NCBI GenBank assembly: GCA_002083515.1
Contig: LWDN01000051.1
Location: 27,561-91,560, forward strand
DNA: 64,000 nt
Direction: 5' to 3'
Source: Proteobacteria bacterium HN_bin10
GTDB taxonomy: Bacteria > Pseudomonadota > Alphaproteobacteria > Caulobacterales > Aquidulcibacteraceae
The notes under the pieces are model-generated. The model was not told the origin of the DNA and did not search any database. It worked only from the letters and a program-made list of their open reading frames with translations. Numbering within the stretch: position 1 is the stretch's first letter; each line of letters opens with the position of its first letter. The translations under genes and the position numbers were made by a program. Positions 20,783-30,413 of this stretch are shown here, one piece after another.

Positions 20783-20989
20783 ATGTGGTTCGCAGACAAA
20801 CTCGGTCCCGATCCGCGCCGCGCCGCCGGCGCGCCATCCCGCGCAACGCAACAGCAGGCCCCTGCCGCGCCTCAGCGCGCTCCGCAGCAAGCGTCGCAGC
20901 CGCGTCCCCAGGCTGCGGCGCCCGCGCCGAAGGCGCAACCTGCGCCTCCGCCACCGGAAGAGAAGAAAAAGAAGAAAGGGTGGTTCTAG
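20783..20989 (+). CDS. Small Pro/Ala/Gln-rich hypothetical protein
   Basis: ATG at 20783 (or 20765) after GAGGG; MWFADKLGPD...EEKKKKKGWF; hairpin TAGCGAC/GTCGCTA downstream. Confidence 0.6.
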   Translation: MWFADKLGPDPRRAAGAPSRATQQQAPAAPQRAPQQASQPRPQAAAPAPKAQPAPPPPEEKKKKKGWF

Positions 20990-21074
20990 ACCAAATTTGT
21001 AGCGACGCGCTTGTCGCTAAATCGACACACGAGGGGCGTTGGCCTCGAGGGCGTTAGTCGGCGCGACAATAGGT

Positions 21075-21608
21075 TTAGGACCTCAGATTTTTCGCGGTGA
21101 GAATGACGCCGGCCAGGATCTCCACACAGGCTACCCACCAGAGAAGCCCGCCGGGCAAAACAACCCACGAGAAGACGCCGTTGAGCCCGAGCGCCGCAAT
21201 CAGCGCGCCCAGCGCGACGAACAATGGTTCGCCGTAGAGAGTCCGAAAGGCGAAATAGTGGGCGCCGACGGCGAGGGCCGCGATTGGAAACACAAGGCGC
21301 GGCTCTATGCTGAGGAAGAGATAGGCGGCGAAGAGCCCAGCGATCATTGACGCCGTGCTTTCGATGGCGATCGGTGTTAAGCCGTTGCCCTTCTGCGCGC
21401 CGGCGCGGCGGAACAACGCGCGCGCCGTGAACAGCGAGAGCGGAAAGATCAGCATTCCGCCCAAGAAGAGCGCGGCGAATCCAAGCACTGGCCCGCTGCG
21501 GGCTTCGATCACCGCCGCGGCGCCCCACACCAAGCCGGAGATAATGACGCCTGGCCCGCCGCCGACATAACCGCGGCGAAGGTCGGCTTGAGCTTCATGT
21601 AACTGCAT
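21075..21608 (-). CDS. Conserved membrane protein (DUF7010-like)
   Basis: About 6 TM helices; AQADLRRGY.GG, GGMLIFPL, VGAHYFAFRTLYG. Confidence 0.75.
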   Translation of the reverse strand: MQLHEAQADLRRGYVGGGPGVIISGLVWGAAAVIEARSGPVLGFAALFLGGMLIFPLSLFTARALFRRAGAQKGNGLTPIAIESTASMIAGLFAAYLFLSIEPRLVFPIAALAVGAHYFAFRTLYGEPLFVALGALIAALGLNGVFSWVVLPGGLLWWVACVEILAGVILTAKNLRS

Positions 21609-21671
21609 CTGGCGCCCCCTGCTGTACACCGATGAACCGCCGCCAGACAGGGTCCTGGATGCATCCCAAAC

Positions 21672-21696
21672 AAAAGGCCCGGCTTCCGCCGGGCCT
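21672..21696 (-). terminator. Terminator of the M23-bactofilin operon
   Basis: Minus strand AGGCCCGGC-GGAA-GCCGGGCC-TTTT. Confidence 0.75.
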
Positions 21697-21719
21697 CAAG
21701 TTCGCAACGAAGAAGAAAA

Positions 21720-22280
21720 TCAGTTCGTGCCGGTGACGATCACGCCGGAGACCAGACGGTCATCGTTCGACGGTTCGCCGAACACCGAATTGCCGCCGCC
21801 GAAGGCGCTCGAGCGGTCGTGCGCCGAGACGATGTGCGGTTGAGAGGGTTGGCCCGGGCCCGATTGCGAAAGCGGGTCCTGCAAGTAGCGGCACTGACCT
21901 TCGAACACTGCGCCCATCTCAACGGACAGCGACTGGTGAACGATGTCGCCAAGCACGTGAGCATTGCGCGCGAGCATGACCTTGCGCGCACGCACCGACC
22001 CCTCGACGCGCCCATGCACAGTCACGCTTTCGGAGACCACGTCGCCCTTGACCATGCCGGTATCGCCGACCGTCAGCGAGCCGCCGCGAACATTGCCTTC
22101 GATCTCACCGTCGACCTGTAGTTCGGCGCCGTCGGCGTCGATGGTGCCGGTGATCTTGACGCCATTGGCGATGATCGAGGCGATCCCGGCGCGACCGGGC
22201 GACATGCGGCGTTGTTGAGTGGGTTCAGGAAGAGCTGGCAAGTTCGAGTCCGTACGCGTGTTACCCTTGTTCGTGAACAT
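21720..22280 (-). CDS. bacA: Bactofilin (polymer-forming cytoskeletal protein)
   Basis: N-terminal MFTNK; beta-helix SII..G.KITGTI, LQVDGEIEGNV, GDIVHQSLSVEMGAVFEG. Confidence 0.9.
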   Translation of the reverse strand: MFTNKGNTRTDSNLPALPEPTQQRRMSPGRAGIASIIANGVKITGTIDADGAELQVDGEIEGNVRGGSLTVGDTGMVKGDVVSESVTVHGRVEGSVRARKVMLARNAHVLGDIVHQSLSVEMGAVFEGQCRYLQDPLSQSGPGQPSQPHIVSAHDRSSAFGGGNSVFGEPSNDDRLVSGVIVTGTN

Positions 22281-23496
22281 GCCGTCCTGCCCTCAGAAAA
22301 TTGACAGGGTCTACCGCCCTGCCGCGGAACCACACCTCGTAGTGAAGGTGCGTTGCGGTGCTGCGACCCGTCGAGCCCATCGAGCCGATGCGCTGGCCGA
22401 TGGCGACGTTGTCGCCACGCTCGACTTGGATGTCGCGCAAGTGGGCGTAGCGGGTCTTGAAGCCATGACCGTGGTCGATTTCGACGGTGTAGCCGTATCC
22501 TGAGCGGGTGCCAGCATAAACCACAGTGCCGGGCGAGGTGGCGACCACGGGCGCGCGCTCGAACGCCGCCATGTCGAGACCGGAGTGGAACGCCGGGCGG
22601 CCAGTGAACGGATCGATGCGTTGGCCGTAGCCAGAGGTTTCGCGGTAATCGACGGCCACGGGGGCCGCCAACGGCGTCGAGTCGGCGATGTTGGCGAGGC
22701 GGCGGGACTCGGTGACCCGCGCGGCCACTTGCGCAACCCGCTCGGCAAAAGCCGGATTGAGGCCGCTGTCGCGCAAGTAGGCGACGAAATCCTGCGGGAC
22801 GAGCGGCCCGCCGGCTGCTGCGTCTGCGTCAGGGCCCGTGAGCGAAGCCATCGACACGCCGGTCAGGCGCAGCACGCCCCGCACCTGTTCGCTGCGTTCG
22901 ACGACGCTGTCCTCGAGTTCGGCGAGGGTTTGTTCTTGATCGCCTTCGAGAGCCTCTGTGCGGGCGCGGAAGCCGACCGTGGTGACTTGATAGGGCTCAG
23001 CCGCGATGGCGCGCGACTGGCGCGGTTCGGCCTCGTCGATGGAGGCGGCCATGATGATGCGGGCGCCGTCGCGCTCGATCGGGCGGTTGGCAGCGAGCTG
23101 GAGGCTGGCGCCCCCGGCGTATTCGAGCAAAGAGCGAAGAACCTCGTGGCGGCTCTCGAAATCGGCCGTGGCGCGGTCGAACTGGCGGGTCCGTTCCTCG
23201 AGCAGAGCCTGGCTGGCGGCAGCTTGGGCGCGGGACTCGTTGAGCCAGCGGTCATATTTGGCCCGCTCGCGGTCGATCTCCGCGTTCGATGCAGTGGCCT
23301 GCGGGCCTTCAAGCAAGGTATTCGCGGTCGCGTAAACGCACCAGCCGGCGAGGCCCACCGCGCTCAGCGCGAGCAGCGCTTGCTTTCCAGGTGACAGTGA
23401 AACGTAACGGACAGTCCCGCCGCTACGATGATAAATCTGACGCTCCGGGAACATTCGATCGAACAACGACCGTGCCCGCGATCCGAACTGGCTCAT
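22261..23496 (-). CDS. M23 endopeptidase (LmdC-like, DUF5930 N-terminus)
   Basis: FPERQIYHRSGG, TM, coiled coil, HSGLD, YAHL, HLHYEV; overlaps the bactofilin start. Confidence 0.92.
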   Translation of the reverse strand: MSQFGSRARSLFDRMFPERQIYHRSGGTVRYVSLSPGKQALLALSAVGLAGWCVYATANTLLEGPQATASNAEIDRERAKYDRWLNESRAQAAASQALLEERTRQFDRATADFESRHEVLRSLLEYAGGASLQLAANRPIERDGARIIMAASIDEAEPRQSRAIAAEPYQVTTVGFRARTEALEGDQEQTLAELEDSVVERSEQVRGVLRLTGVSMASLTGPDADAAAGGPLVPQDFVAYLRDSGLNPAFAERVAQVAARVTESRRLANIADSTPLAAPVAVDYRETSGYGQRIDPFTGRPAFHSGLDMAAFERAPVVATSPGTVVYAGTRSGYGYTVEIDHGHGFKTRYAHLRDIQVERGDNVAIGQRIGSMGSTGRSTATHLHYEVWFRGRAVDPVNFLRAGRHVHEQG

Positions 23497-23674
23497 GGTC
23501 CGCCACCGCCCACTAACCTAAAACAAAATGCCGTTAGCCCCGCCGAAGGCCATCTCAACCTGAAACCCTCCCGAAATGCAACACCGCGCGGCCGCGTTTA
23601 CAGGAATTTCAGCTTGTTTAACGCTCTTCTGCCAAAACTAAGCCAAATCGGCGCAAATACAGTAAATAACGCGC

Positions 23675-24154
23675 CTATCTCGGGCCTAAATTCTTAACGG
23701 CGGCCAGCACGTCTTCCACATGTCCGGGCACGCGCACCTTGCGCCAGACCTGGGCGATGCGGCCTTTCGGGTCGATCAAAAAGGTTGCCCGCTCGATCCC
23801 CATGAACTTGCGTCCGTAGAGGGTCTTCTCGCCCCAAACGCCGTAGGCCTCGGTGACTTCGCCCTGTTCGTCCGAGGCCAAGATCACAGATAGACCATGT
23901 TTTTCCGCGAATTTCTCATGGCGAGCGACGCTATCGCGTGAGACGCCGACGATGGCGGCGCCCAAGTTTGTGAAAGTTCTCGCTTTTTCAGTGAAGTTTA
24001 GGGCTTCCAGAGTACAACCGGGGGTGTCGTCCTTTGGATAGAAATAGAGGACGACGCGCTTGCCTTTGAGGCTCGCCAAGCTGACGCGCCCGCCCCCGGC
24101 TGTCGGCAGGTCAAAGGGGGGTGCGGGGTCGCCAGGTTTGAGCGTCTTAGCCAT
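23675..24154 (-). CDS. bcp: Peroxiredoxin Q/BCP
   Basis: LYFYPKDDTPGCT.EA, GVSRDS, RATFLID. Confidence 0.93.
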   Translation of the reverse strand: MAKTLKPGDPAPPFDLPTAGGGRVSLASLKGKRVVLYFYPKDDTPGCTLEALNFTEKARTFTNLGAAIVGVSRDSVARHEKFAEKHGLSVILASDEQGEVTEAYGVWGEKTLYGRKFMGIERATFLIDPKGRIAQVWRKVRVPGHVEDVLAAVKNLGPR

Positions 24155-24283
24155 CGGGAGCCTCCAGGCTCGCGGCCCGTGGGCCGTTTTCCCAGGCGGC
24201 CACTGCGTCCGGGCTGGGGCTTTGCTTTGCGTCAAAAACCCAAACCGCGCTAGATGCTTGCGAGGGGCGTTGGAGCAGGCCCG

Positions 24284-27200
24284 ATGATCCGCCGCTCGAC
24301 GCTGATTGCGGTCGAGGTTTTTCTCGGACTGATCGCGGCGCTCGCGATCGGCCTCGGCGTGGCGTGGTGGCGGCTGAGCCAAGGCCCGATCGAGCTGAAT
24401 TCGATCCGCGAACACGTCCAGGCGGAACTCAGCACAGCCCGCGCAGGCCGGCCGGTCGGCATCGAGAGCGTGCAGCTGGCGTGGAGCCAGGCCGGCGCAC
24501 TCCAGCTCAAGGCCGTTGGCGTGACGGTCGAGGACGGGCGCGGCGCCATCCTTTCCCGCGCCGAAGAAGCCCGGATCGATCTCAACCTGCTGCCTTTATT
24601 GATCGGCCGTGTTTCGGTGGCGCGCGCGGAATTCGTGGGCGGCGAATTCGCGATAACACGTCGGATCGATGGCGCGCTGCTCATCGCGTTCGGCCCCGAG
24701 GACGCGCCGCCCGACATCATCATCCCGCCGCCGCCGCCCAACGAGACATTGGAGCAGCGCGTCGCGCGCGTACTCGACGGTCTGGAGGGCGCCTTCAGGC
24801 CGATCGGCGCCGGAGGCGGCCTCCGGCAAATTTCGGTGCGTGATGCAAAATTGACGCTCGCGGACGACGCCGGCGGCGGACGCTGGACCGCGGACAGCGC
24901 ACGCTTCGAACTCGCACGCCGCGGACGCTCTCTGACGCTAAGCGCCGAAGCCGAACTCGAGGGCGCCGAGGGCAGCGCGCCAGCGAACCTGCGCATCACG
25001 ACGGACACACGATTTCAGAACGCAGTGATCGAGTTTGGCGCCGAGAACGCACGCCCGCGCGCGCTGTTCTCACCTGCAGCACTCGGGCCTTTCGCCGGTC
25101 TCGACGCGCCGGTGACGATGAACGTCTCGATCGGCATGGATCGGCAAGCGGGCGTGAACCGATTTGAAGGCGAAGTGACGGTGGGCGAAGGCTCCGCCGA
25201 TGTTGCCGGTGAACGTTACAATCTCAGCGGCGGACGTCTCCATGGGCGCTACGACATCGAAACAGACGAACTGATCATCGACGACATCGCGCTCGCCGGG
25301 GAAAGCACGCGCGTCGGCGGCGAAATTCGGCTGCGCGATGTCTCGGCGATCATGCGCGCGGCGCCGAACGAGCCGGCGGCGTTGAACATCTCACTGCCGT
25401 CCATGAGACTGGCGGTGCCGGGCGCGTTCACCGAGCCCTTGTCATTCTCTCAGGTCCAGATCGTTGGCGCCATCGTGTCGGCGGAACGATCCATACAACT
25501 CACGCAGATCAGCGCACGCACGGGCGAAGCCACATTCACCGGCGCCGGTCGCCTCTACTGGGCCGACGCGGGCGGACGTTCGCGCATGGGAGTCGAACTG
25601 CAAGGCGCAGTCGAGGGCGCTCTCGACGCCCGCGATGTCATGCACATGTGGCCGATCGGTCTTGGCGAGAGCGCGCGTGCGTATCTGGCGCGCTCGATCA
25701 CCGGCGGGCGCGTCACCGACGCAACGGTGCGCCTCAACATTACCCCTGCTGACCTCGTCGACGAAGCGCTGAGCGACGACGCGGTGGATGTACGGTTCAA
25801 TGTTGCGGACGCCTCCATGCAGTTTGCACCGACGATGTCGCCGGTGACCAACGCGCGCGGGTCGGGCGTTCTGCGCGGAAACCGCTTCGATATGACCATC
25901 CCCGAAGCGCGCTTCCACGGCATGACGGTGACCAACGGTCGCGTCGAGGCGCCGCGCTTCAAACCACGCGGCGCCATGGCGACGGTTTCGGGTCACGTCG
26001 AGGGCGACGCGCGGCAGCTTCTCGAAGTCTTGGCGCAGGAGCCGATCGCGCTGGGCGACCGCTTGCCCATTGACGCAGCCAGCGCCACCGGGCGCGGCAG
26101 CGTCAACATTCGCATCCAGCGCCCTATGGTGCGGGAAGCGCCGTTCGAGGATTGGCGATTCAGCGTCGACGGATCGATCCGCGATTTTGCCGGGAATATG
26201 ACCACGCGGCGTGTTGCGGTGTCTCAAGGCCAACTTACGGTTAGAGGCGATCAGCGCGCGGTGACGGTGTCAGGGCCGATCAGGGCTGGCGACTCCGCGA
26301 TCCAGAGTGTGCGTTGGACCGAGCGGATCGGCGTGCGCGGCGCGCAAGTGAACACATCGTCGGAATACCAGATATCGGGCGATTTCGACGCCGACGATCT
26401 GGAGCGGCTCGGCTATCCGATCGCACGCTACGCCCAGGGCCGCATCGGGGTCACGGTCACCGGACAGGGCCAGGGTTTCGATGTCGACAATGCACGCATC
26501 GATCTCGATCTTCGCAACGCCGCAATGGAGTTGCCGCGTTCGTTCTGGACGAAACGCGCCGGCGCGCCCGCCTCGGCCCGTTTCACCGTGCAGCGACAGC
26601 GCGACGGCGGACTGGCGTTCAATGATATCGAGGCGCGCGGCAGCGGATTGAATGTCCAAGGCCGCGTTCGTCTCGCCCGCGACAACAGCATCGTGGAAGT
26701 CGATCTGCCGCGGCTCGCGGTAGAGGGAAGCTCCGATGCGCGGGTGGTTGCAGCGCGCGCACAGGACGGCGTGCTCGACGTCAACATACGCGGAGCTTTG
26801 TTCGACGCCGCGCCGTTCATAGCGGCGGAGCGGGCGCCGGCAGGCCAACCAACTTCGTCGCGGCAGAGCGCCGGTCTGGCGATGCGGGCGAACGTGGTCG
26901 TCGATCGGCTCAAGATGCGAGGCGGCGCGACCTTGAGCAACGCCAATGTCCAGCTTGTGACTTCCCGCGATGCCCTGATGACGCTCTCTGCCGAGGGGCG
27001 CACGCCGGGCGGAGAGCCCTTTGTGCTATCGCTCGGACCGCGCGCCGGCGATGCGCGGAGCCGTGTCTATTTCCGTTCGGCGGACGCCGGATTTGCGGTA
27101 CGCGCGCTGACTGGCGCTGAAAACGTAGTCGGCGGAACGGCTGCGGCCGATGGCGATTGGCGCGGCGGGGCGTCGAGCCAAGCACGCTTCAATGTGCAAA

Positions 27201-27787
27201 TGCGCGACTTCCAGGTGGTGCGTTTGCCGGCGATGGCGCGGCTGCTTTCATCCGCCGGATCGCTTACGGGTCTGGTCGAGATGCTGAACGGCGACGGCAT
27301 CGGCTTCACCGCTTTGGACGCCGACATGACCTACGCTGGCGATCGTTTGACCTTTGCGGACGGGCGCATGACTGGCCCATCGCTCGGCCTCACCGGCGCG
27401 GGGAGATACAACATCTCCGCCGACGACCTCGACATCGACGGCGTCGTAGCGCCATCGCCGATGCTGAACCTCTCCATGCTCGGCAGCATCCCCGTGCTCG
27501 GCGATCTCTTGGTGTCGCGCCGCGGCGAAGGCGTGTTCGGCATGACCTATTCGATCAACGGGCCCGCGGGCGAGCCGCGCGTCGGGGTCAATCCGGTGTC
27601 GGCGCTCACGCCAGGCATATTGAGACGCATGTTCGAACCGCTTCCCGCAAGAGAAACCCCGACGCCGCAACGCGAGTCGGGCGGCACGCACTCGTTCAGT
27701 CCAGAGGAAACACCACCACTTGCACCGGAGCCAGCGCCGCCGGCCGCCGAGAGCGTGGAAGCACTCGCGAGCGTCACGCCGCCCTGA
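24284..27787 (+). CDS. YhdP/AsmA-like (DUF3971 + AsmA_2) envelope bridge protein
   Basis: About 1167 aa, beta-rich; N-terminal TM then RLSQGPI; C-terminal GSIPVLGDLL..GEGVFGMTY..VNPVSALTPGILR. Confidence 0.88.
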   Translation: MIRRSTLIAVEVFLGLIAALAIGLGVAWWRLSQGPIELNSIREHVQAELSTARAGRPVGIESVQLAWSQAGALQLKAVGVTVEDGRGAILSRAEEARIDLNLLPLLIGRVSVARAEFVGGEFAITRRIDGALLIAFGPEDAPPDIIIPPPPPNETLEQRVARVLDGLEGAFRPIGAGGGLRQISVRDAKLTLADDAGGGRWTADSARFELARRGRSLTLSAEAELEGAEGSAPANLRITTDTRFQNAVIEFGAENARPRALFSPAALGPFAGLDAPVTMNVSIGMDRQAGVNRFEGEVTVGEGSADVAGERYNLSGGRLHGRYDIETDELIIDDIALAGESTRVGGEIRLRDVSAIMRAAPNEPAALNISLPSMRLAVPGAFTEPLSFSQVQIVGAIVSAERSIQLTQISARTGEATFTGAGRLYWADAGGRSRMGVELQGAVEGALDARDVMHMWPIGLGESARAYLARSITGGRVTDATVRLNITPADLVDEALSDDAVDVRFNVADASMQFAPTMSPVTNARGSGVLRGNRFDMTIPEARFHGMTVTNGRVEAPRFKPRGAMATVSGHVEGDARQLLEVLAQEPIALGDRLPIDAASATGRGSVNIRIQRPMVREAPFEDWRFSVDGSIRDFAGNMTTRRVAVSQGQLTVRGDQRAVTVSGPIRAGDSAIQSVRWTERIGVRGAQVNTSSEYQISGDFDADDLERLGYPIARYAQGRIGVTVTGQGQGFDVDNARIDLDLRNAAMELPRSFWTKRAGAPASARFTVQRQRDGGLAFNDIEARGSGLNVQGRVRLARDNSIVEVDLPRLAVEGSSDARVVAARAQDGVLDVNIRGALFDAAPFIAAERAPAGQPTSSRQSAGLAMRANVVVDRLKMRGGATLSNANVQLVTSRDALMTLSAEGRTPGGEPFVLSLGPRAGDARSRVYFRSADAGFAVRALTGAENVVGGTAAADGDWRGGASSQARFNVQMRDFQVVRLPAMARLLSSAGSLTGLVEMLNGDGIGFTALDADMTYAGDRLTFADGRMTGPSLGLTGAGRYNISADDLDIDGVVAPSPMLNLSMLGSIPVLGDLLVSRRGEGVFGMTYSINGPAGEPRVGVNPVSALTPGILRRMFEPLPARETPTPQRESGGTHSFSPEETPPLAPEPAPPAAESVEALASVTPP

Positions 27788-27788
27788 A

Positions 27789-29045
27789 TTATTGCACGCG
27801 CAATAGCGCGTGCTTCTTTTTTCCGAGCGAGAGTTTAATGGCGCCGTCGATGACATCGGCGCTCGACAGCGTCGCTGTATCGTCGGTCACCGCCGTGTCG
27901 TTCACGCGTAGCGCGCCCGCCGCGATGTGGCGCTTGGCTTCACCGTTGGAGGCGACGAGTTCCGCACGCACGAATGCCGCCGCGATGCGGACGCCAGCGT
28001 TGAGTTCTTCGTTTGACACCACGAACGTCGGCAAATTGTCGCTGCGCGCGCCTTGCTCGAAAGTAGCGCGGGCGGCCTCTTCCGCTTTGTTTGCCTCCTC
28101 GCGCCCATGCAACAGCGCCGTCGCCTCGGTGGCGAGACGCTTCTTGGCGTCGTTGATTTCGGCGCCTTGCAGCGCTTCGAGGCGTGCGATCTCCGCGAGC
28201 GGCAGATCGGTGAAGATTTTCAAGAAACGGCCGACGTCGGCGTCCTCGGTGTTGCGCCAGTATTGCCAGTACTCGTAGGGGCTCAGCATGTCCGCGTTGA
28301 GCCAGACCGCGCCTTGCGCGGTCTTGCCCATCTTGGCGCCCGATGCGGTCGTGATCAGCGGCTGGGTCAGGCCGAACAGGTTGTAGCCTTCCATACGGCG
28401 GCCGAGTTCGACGCCATTGACGATGTTGCCCCACTGATCGCTACCGCCCATTTGCAGGTCGCAATTGTAGCGCTTCTTCAGCTCCACGAAATCGTAGGCC
28501 TGGAGGATCATGTAGTTGAATTCGATGAAGCTCATTGGCTGCTCGCGCTCAAGGCGGAGTTTAACGCTGTCCATGGTCAGCATGCGATTGACCGACATGT
28601 GGCGGCCGACCGTGCGGAGGAAATCGAGGTAGTTGAGCTTTAGGAGCCATTCGGAATTGTCGACGAGAATGGCGTCGCTCTTGCCGCTGCCGAAGTTCAA
28701 GAACTTTTCGAACGTCCCCTGGATCGACTTGGTGTTCTGAACAATCTGCTCCTCACTGAGCAGCTGGCGCATTTCCTCCTTGCCGGAGGGATCGCCGACG
28801 CGGGTGGTGCCTCCGCCGAGGAGCACGATGGGCTTGCCGCCAGCTTGTTGAAGGCGGCGGAGGTACATGATCTGGGTGAGATTGCCGACATGAAGGCTGG
28901 GGGCAGTCATGTCGAAACCGATATAGCCGGTGACGCCCGCAGCGGCGGCTTTGTCCAGGCCTTCGAGATCGGTGCATTGGTGAAACTGCCCGCGCGCGAT
29001 AGCGTCGCGGAGAAATTGGGATTGGACGGCAGCTTGGGTGGTCAT
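27789..29045 (-). CDS. tyrS: Tyrosine--tRNA ligase
   Basis: [30 protein letters not shown]4 domain. Confidence 0.97.
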   Translation of the reverse strand: MTTQAAVQSQFLRDAIARGQFHQCTDLEGLDKAAAAGVTGYIGFDMTAPSLHVGNLTQIMYLRRLQQAGGKPIVLLGGGTTRVGDPSGKEEMRQLLSEEQIVQNTKSIQGTFEKFLNFGSGKSDAILVDNSEWLLKLNYLDFLRTVGRHMSVNRMLTMDSVKLRLEREQPMSFIEFNYMILQAYDFVELKKRYNCDLQMGGSDQWGNIVNGVELGRRMEGYNLFGLTQPLITTASGAKMGKTAQGAVWLNADMLSPYEYWQYWRNTEDADVGRFLKIFTDLPLAEIARLEALQGAEINDAKKRLATEATALLHGREEANKAEEAARATFEQGARSDNLPTFVVSNEELNAGVRIAAAFVRAELVASNGEAKRHIAAGALRVNDTAVTDDTATLSSADVIDGAIKLSLGKKKHALLRVQ

Positions 29046-29149
29046 AGTGGGCGGGCCGATAGCATGGCGCTGAGCGCAATGCATCCTCGCTCGGGCGGGA
29101 GGCGGACGTTACCGCGCCCTTAAGCGGTTCGTATGCTAGGCTCGGCGGC

Positions 29150-29671
29150 GTGCTGCACCAACTGATTTGCCACCCAGACACGCCGAGCACGGCCGTCGAT
29201 CGGATCGACGTTGCCGTGGCGCGGCCCGAGCCTGGGCTTTTGGCGCTGCGCTACACGGTGAGCGGGCGGATTGCGAACATCAGCCTGGCGCCGCCGAGCG
29301 ACCCGCTCCGCACGGACGAGCTTTGGAAGACGACGTGTTTCGAGGCGTTCGTGGAGACGACGCCGGGGGCTGGCTATTACGAGTTCAACCTGTCGCCGTC
29401 CTCCAAATGGGCGGCGTATCACTTCACCGACTATCGCGAAGGCATGGCGCTGGCTGAACTATCGCCGCCGGCGATCATCACCGGCGCGAACGCCACCCAC
29501 ATCGATGTCGATGCGTTGATTTATCTGCCGGCCAGCGAGGAACCGTGGCAGCTGGCGCTGGCCGCTGTGATTGAGGAAACAAACGGTGCGATGTCGTACT
29601 GGGCGCTGAAGCATCCGCCGGGCAAGCCGGACTTTCATCACGCCGCCGGATTTGTCCTGGCGGTTGATTGA
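29150..29671 (+). CDS. DOMON-like domain protein
   Basis: DELWKTTCFEAF, YYEFNLSPS..WAAY.F..YR, SYWALKHP.GKPDFH. Confidence 0.85.
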   Translation: MLHQLICHPDTPSTAVDRIDVAVARPEPGLLALRYTVSGRIANISLAPPSDPLRTDELWKTTCFEAFVETTPGAGYYEFNLSPSSKWAAYHFTDYREGMALAELSPPAIITGANATHIDVDALIYLPASEEPWQLALAAVIEETNGAMSYWALKHPPGKPDFHHAAGFVLAVD

Positions 29672-29696
29672 CACTCTTTGGCGGTATTACTAGATT
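29668..29696 (+). promoter_or_regulatory. Sigma70 promoter of the vapBC operon
   Basis: TTGACA (29668-29673)-N17-TAGATT (29691-29696). Confidence 0.7.
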
Positions 29697-29713
29697 GCCG
29701 ATCAGGTAATCCA

Positions 29714-29953
29714 ATGGTCACGCTCACGGTCAAAATTCCTGAAGCGCTCGCCTCGAAACTTGAGGCGCTGATACGTCAGCGCGGTCAGCGCAAAAGCGAA
29801 ATCGTGCGCGAGGCCATCGAACGGATGGTTGAAGAGCCGGAGCACCGCGAAGGCAGCGTCTTCGATTTGGTGAGCGATTTGAAGGGCGCAGCCGGAAAAG
29901 GGCCGAAGGACTTGTCGACCAACCCGAAATATCTCCGTGGCTTCGGCGAGTGA
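29714..29953 (+). CDS. Ribbon-helix-helix (CopG-like) antitoxin
   Basis: MVTLTVKIP...KSEIVREAI...DLSTNPKYLRGFG; overlaps the PIN gene (GTGA). Confidence 0.88.
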   Translation: MVTLTVKIPEALASKLEALIRQRGQRKSEIVREAIERMVEEPEHREGSVFDLVSDLKGAAGKGPKDLSTNPKYLRGFGE

Positions 29954-30372
29954 GCGCGCAGACGATCCTGGACACCGGGCCGCTGGTGGCGTTCTTAAAT
30001 CCGGCGGACAACCACCACGAATGGGCCGCCGCACAGCTGCGCAGACTGAAGCCGCCGCTGTTGACGTGTGAAATCGTGCTTGGCGAGGCGTGCTTCGTGC
30101 TCAAAGCGCGCGGTCGAGACCCTTCAGCGGTGCTCGACATGGTGGCTCGGGGCGCTGTGAAAGTGGAATTCTCCCTGACGAGCGACGTGGAGGCCGTTCG
30201 GCGACTTCTGCGCCGCTACGCCGAAATGGGCGCTTCACTGGCGGACGTCTGCTTGGTGCGGATGTCGGAAATCTATTCGAACTGCCAGGTGCTGACACTA
30301 GATCGTGACTTTCTGATCTACCGGCGCGACGGGCGGCGGGTTATCCCGCTGATTGCCCCCTTCGAGGCATAA
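29950..30372 (+). CDS. vapC: VapC-family PIN domain toxin
   Basis: ILDTGPLVA, VLGEA, SLADVCLV, TLDRDF. Confidence 0.9.
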   Translation: MSAQTILDTGPLVAFLNPADNHHEWAAAQLRRLKPPLLTCEIVLGEACFVLKARGRDPSAVLDMVARGAVKVEFSLTSDVEAVRRLLRRYAEMGASLADVCLVRMSEIYSNCQVLTLDRDFLIYRRDGRRVIPLIAPFEA

Positions 30373-30413
30373 CCGGCGTTGGCGGGAATCAGTTCGTCCC
30401 ACATTATAAGCTC

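Noticed and set aside
23500..23670. CtrA sites upstream of the M23-bactofilin operon (also near 43494 and 44745)
   Set aside because: Only TTAA half-sites or degenerate matches; no clean TTAA-N7-TTAA.
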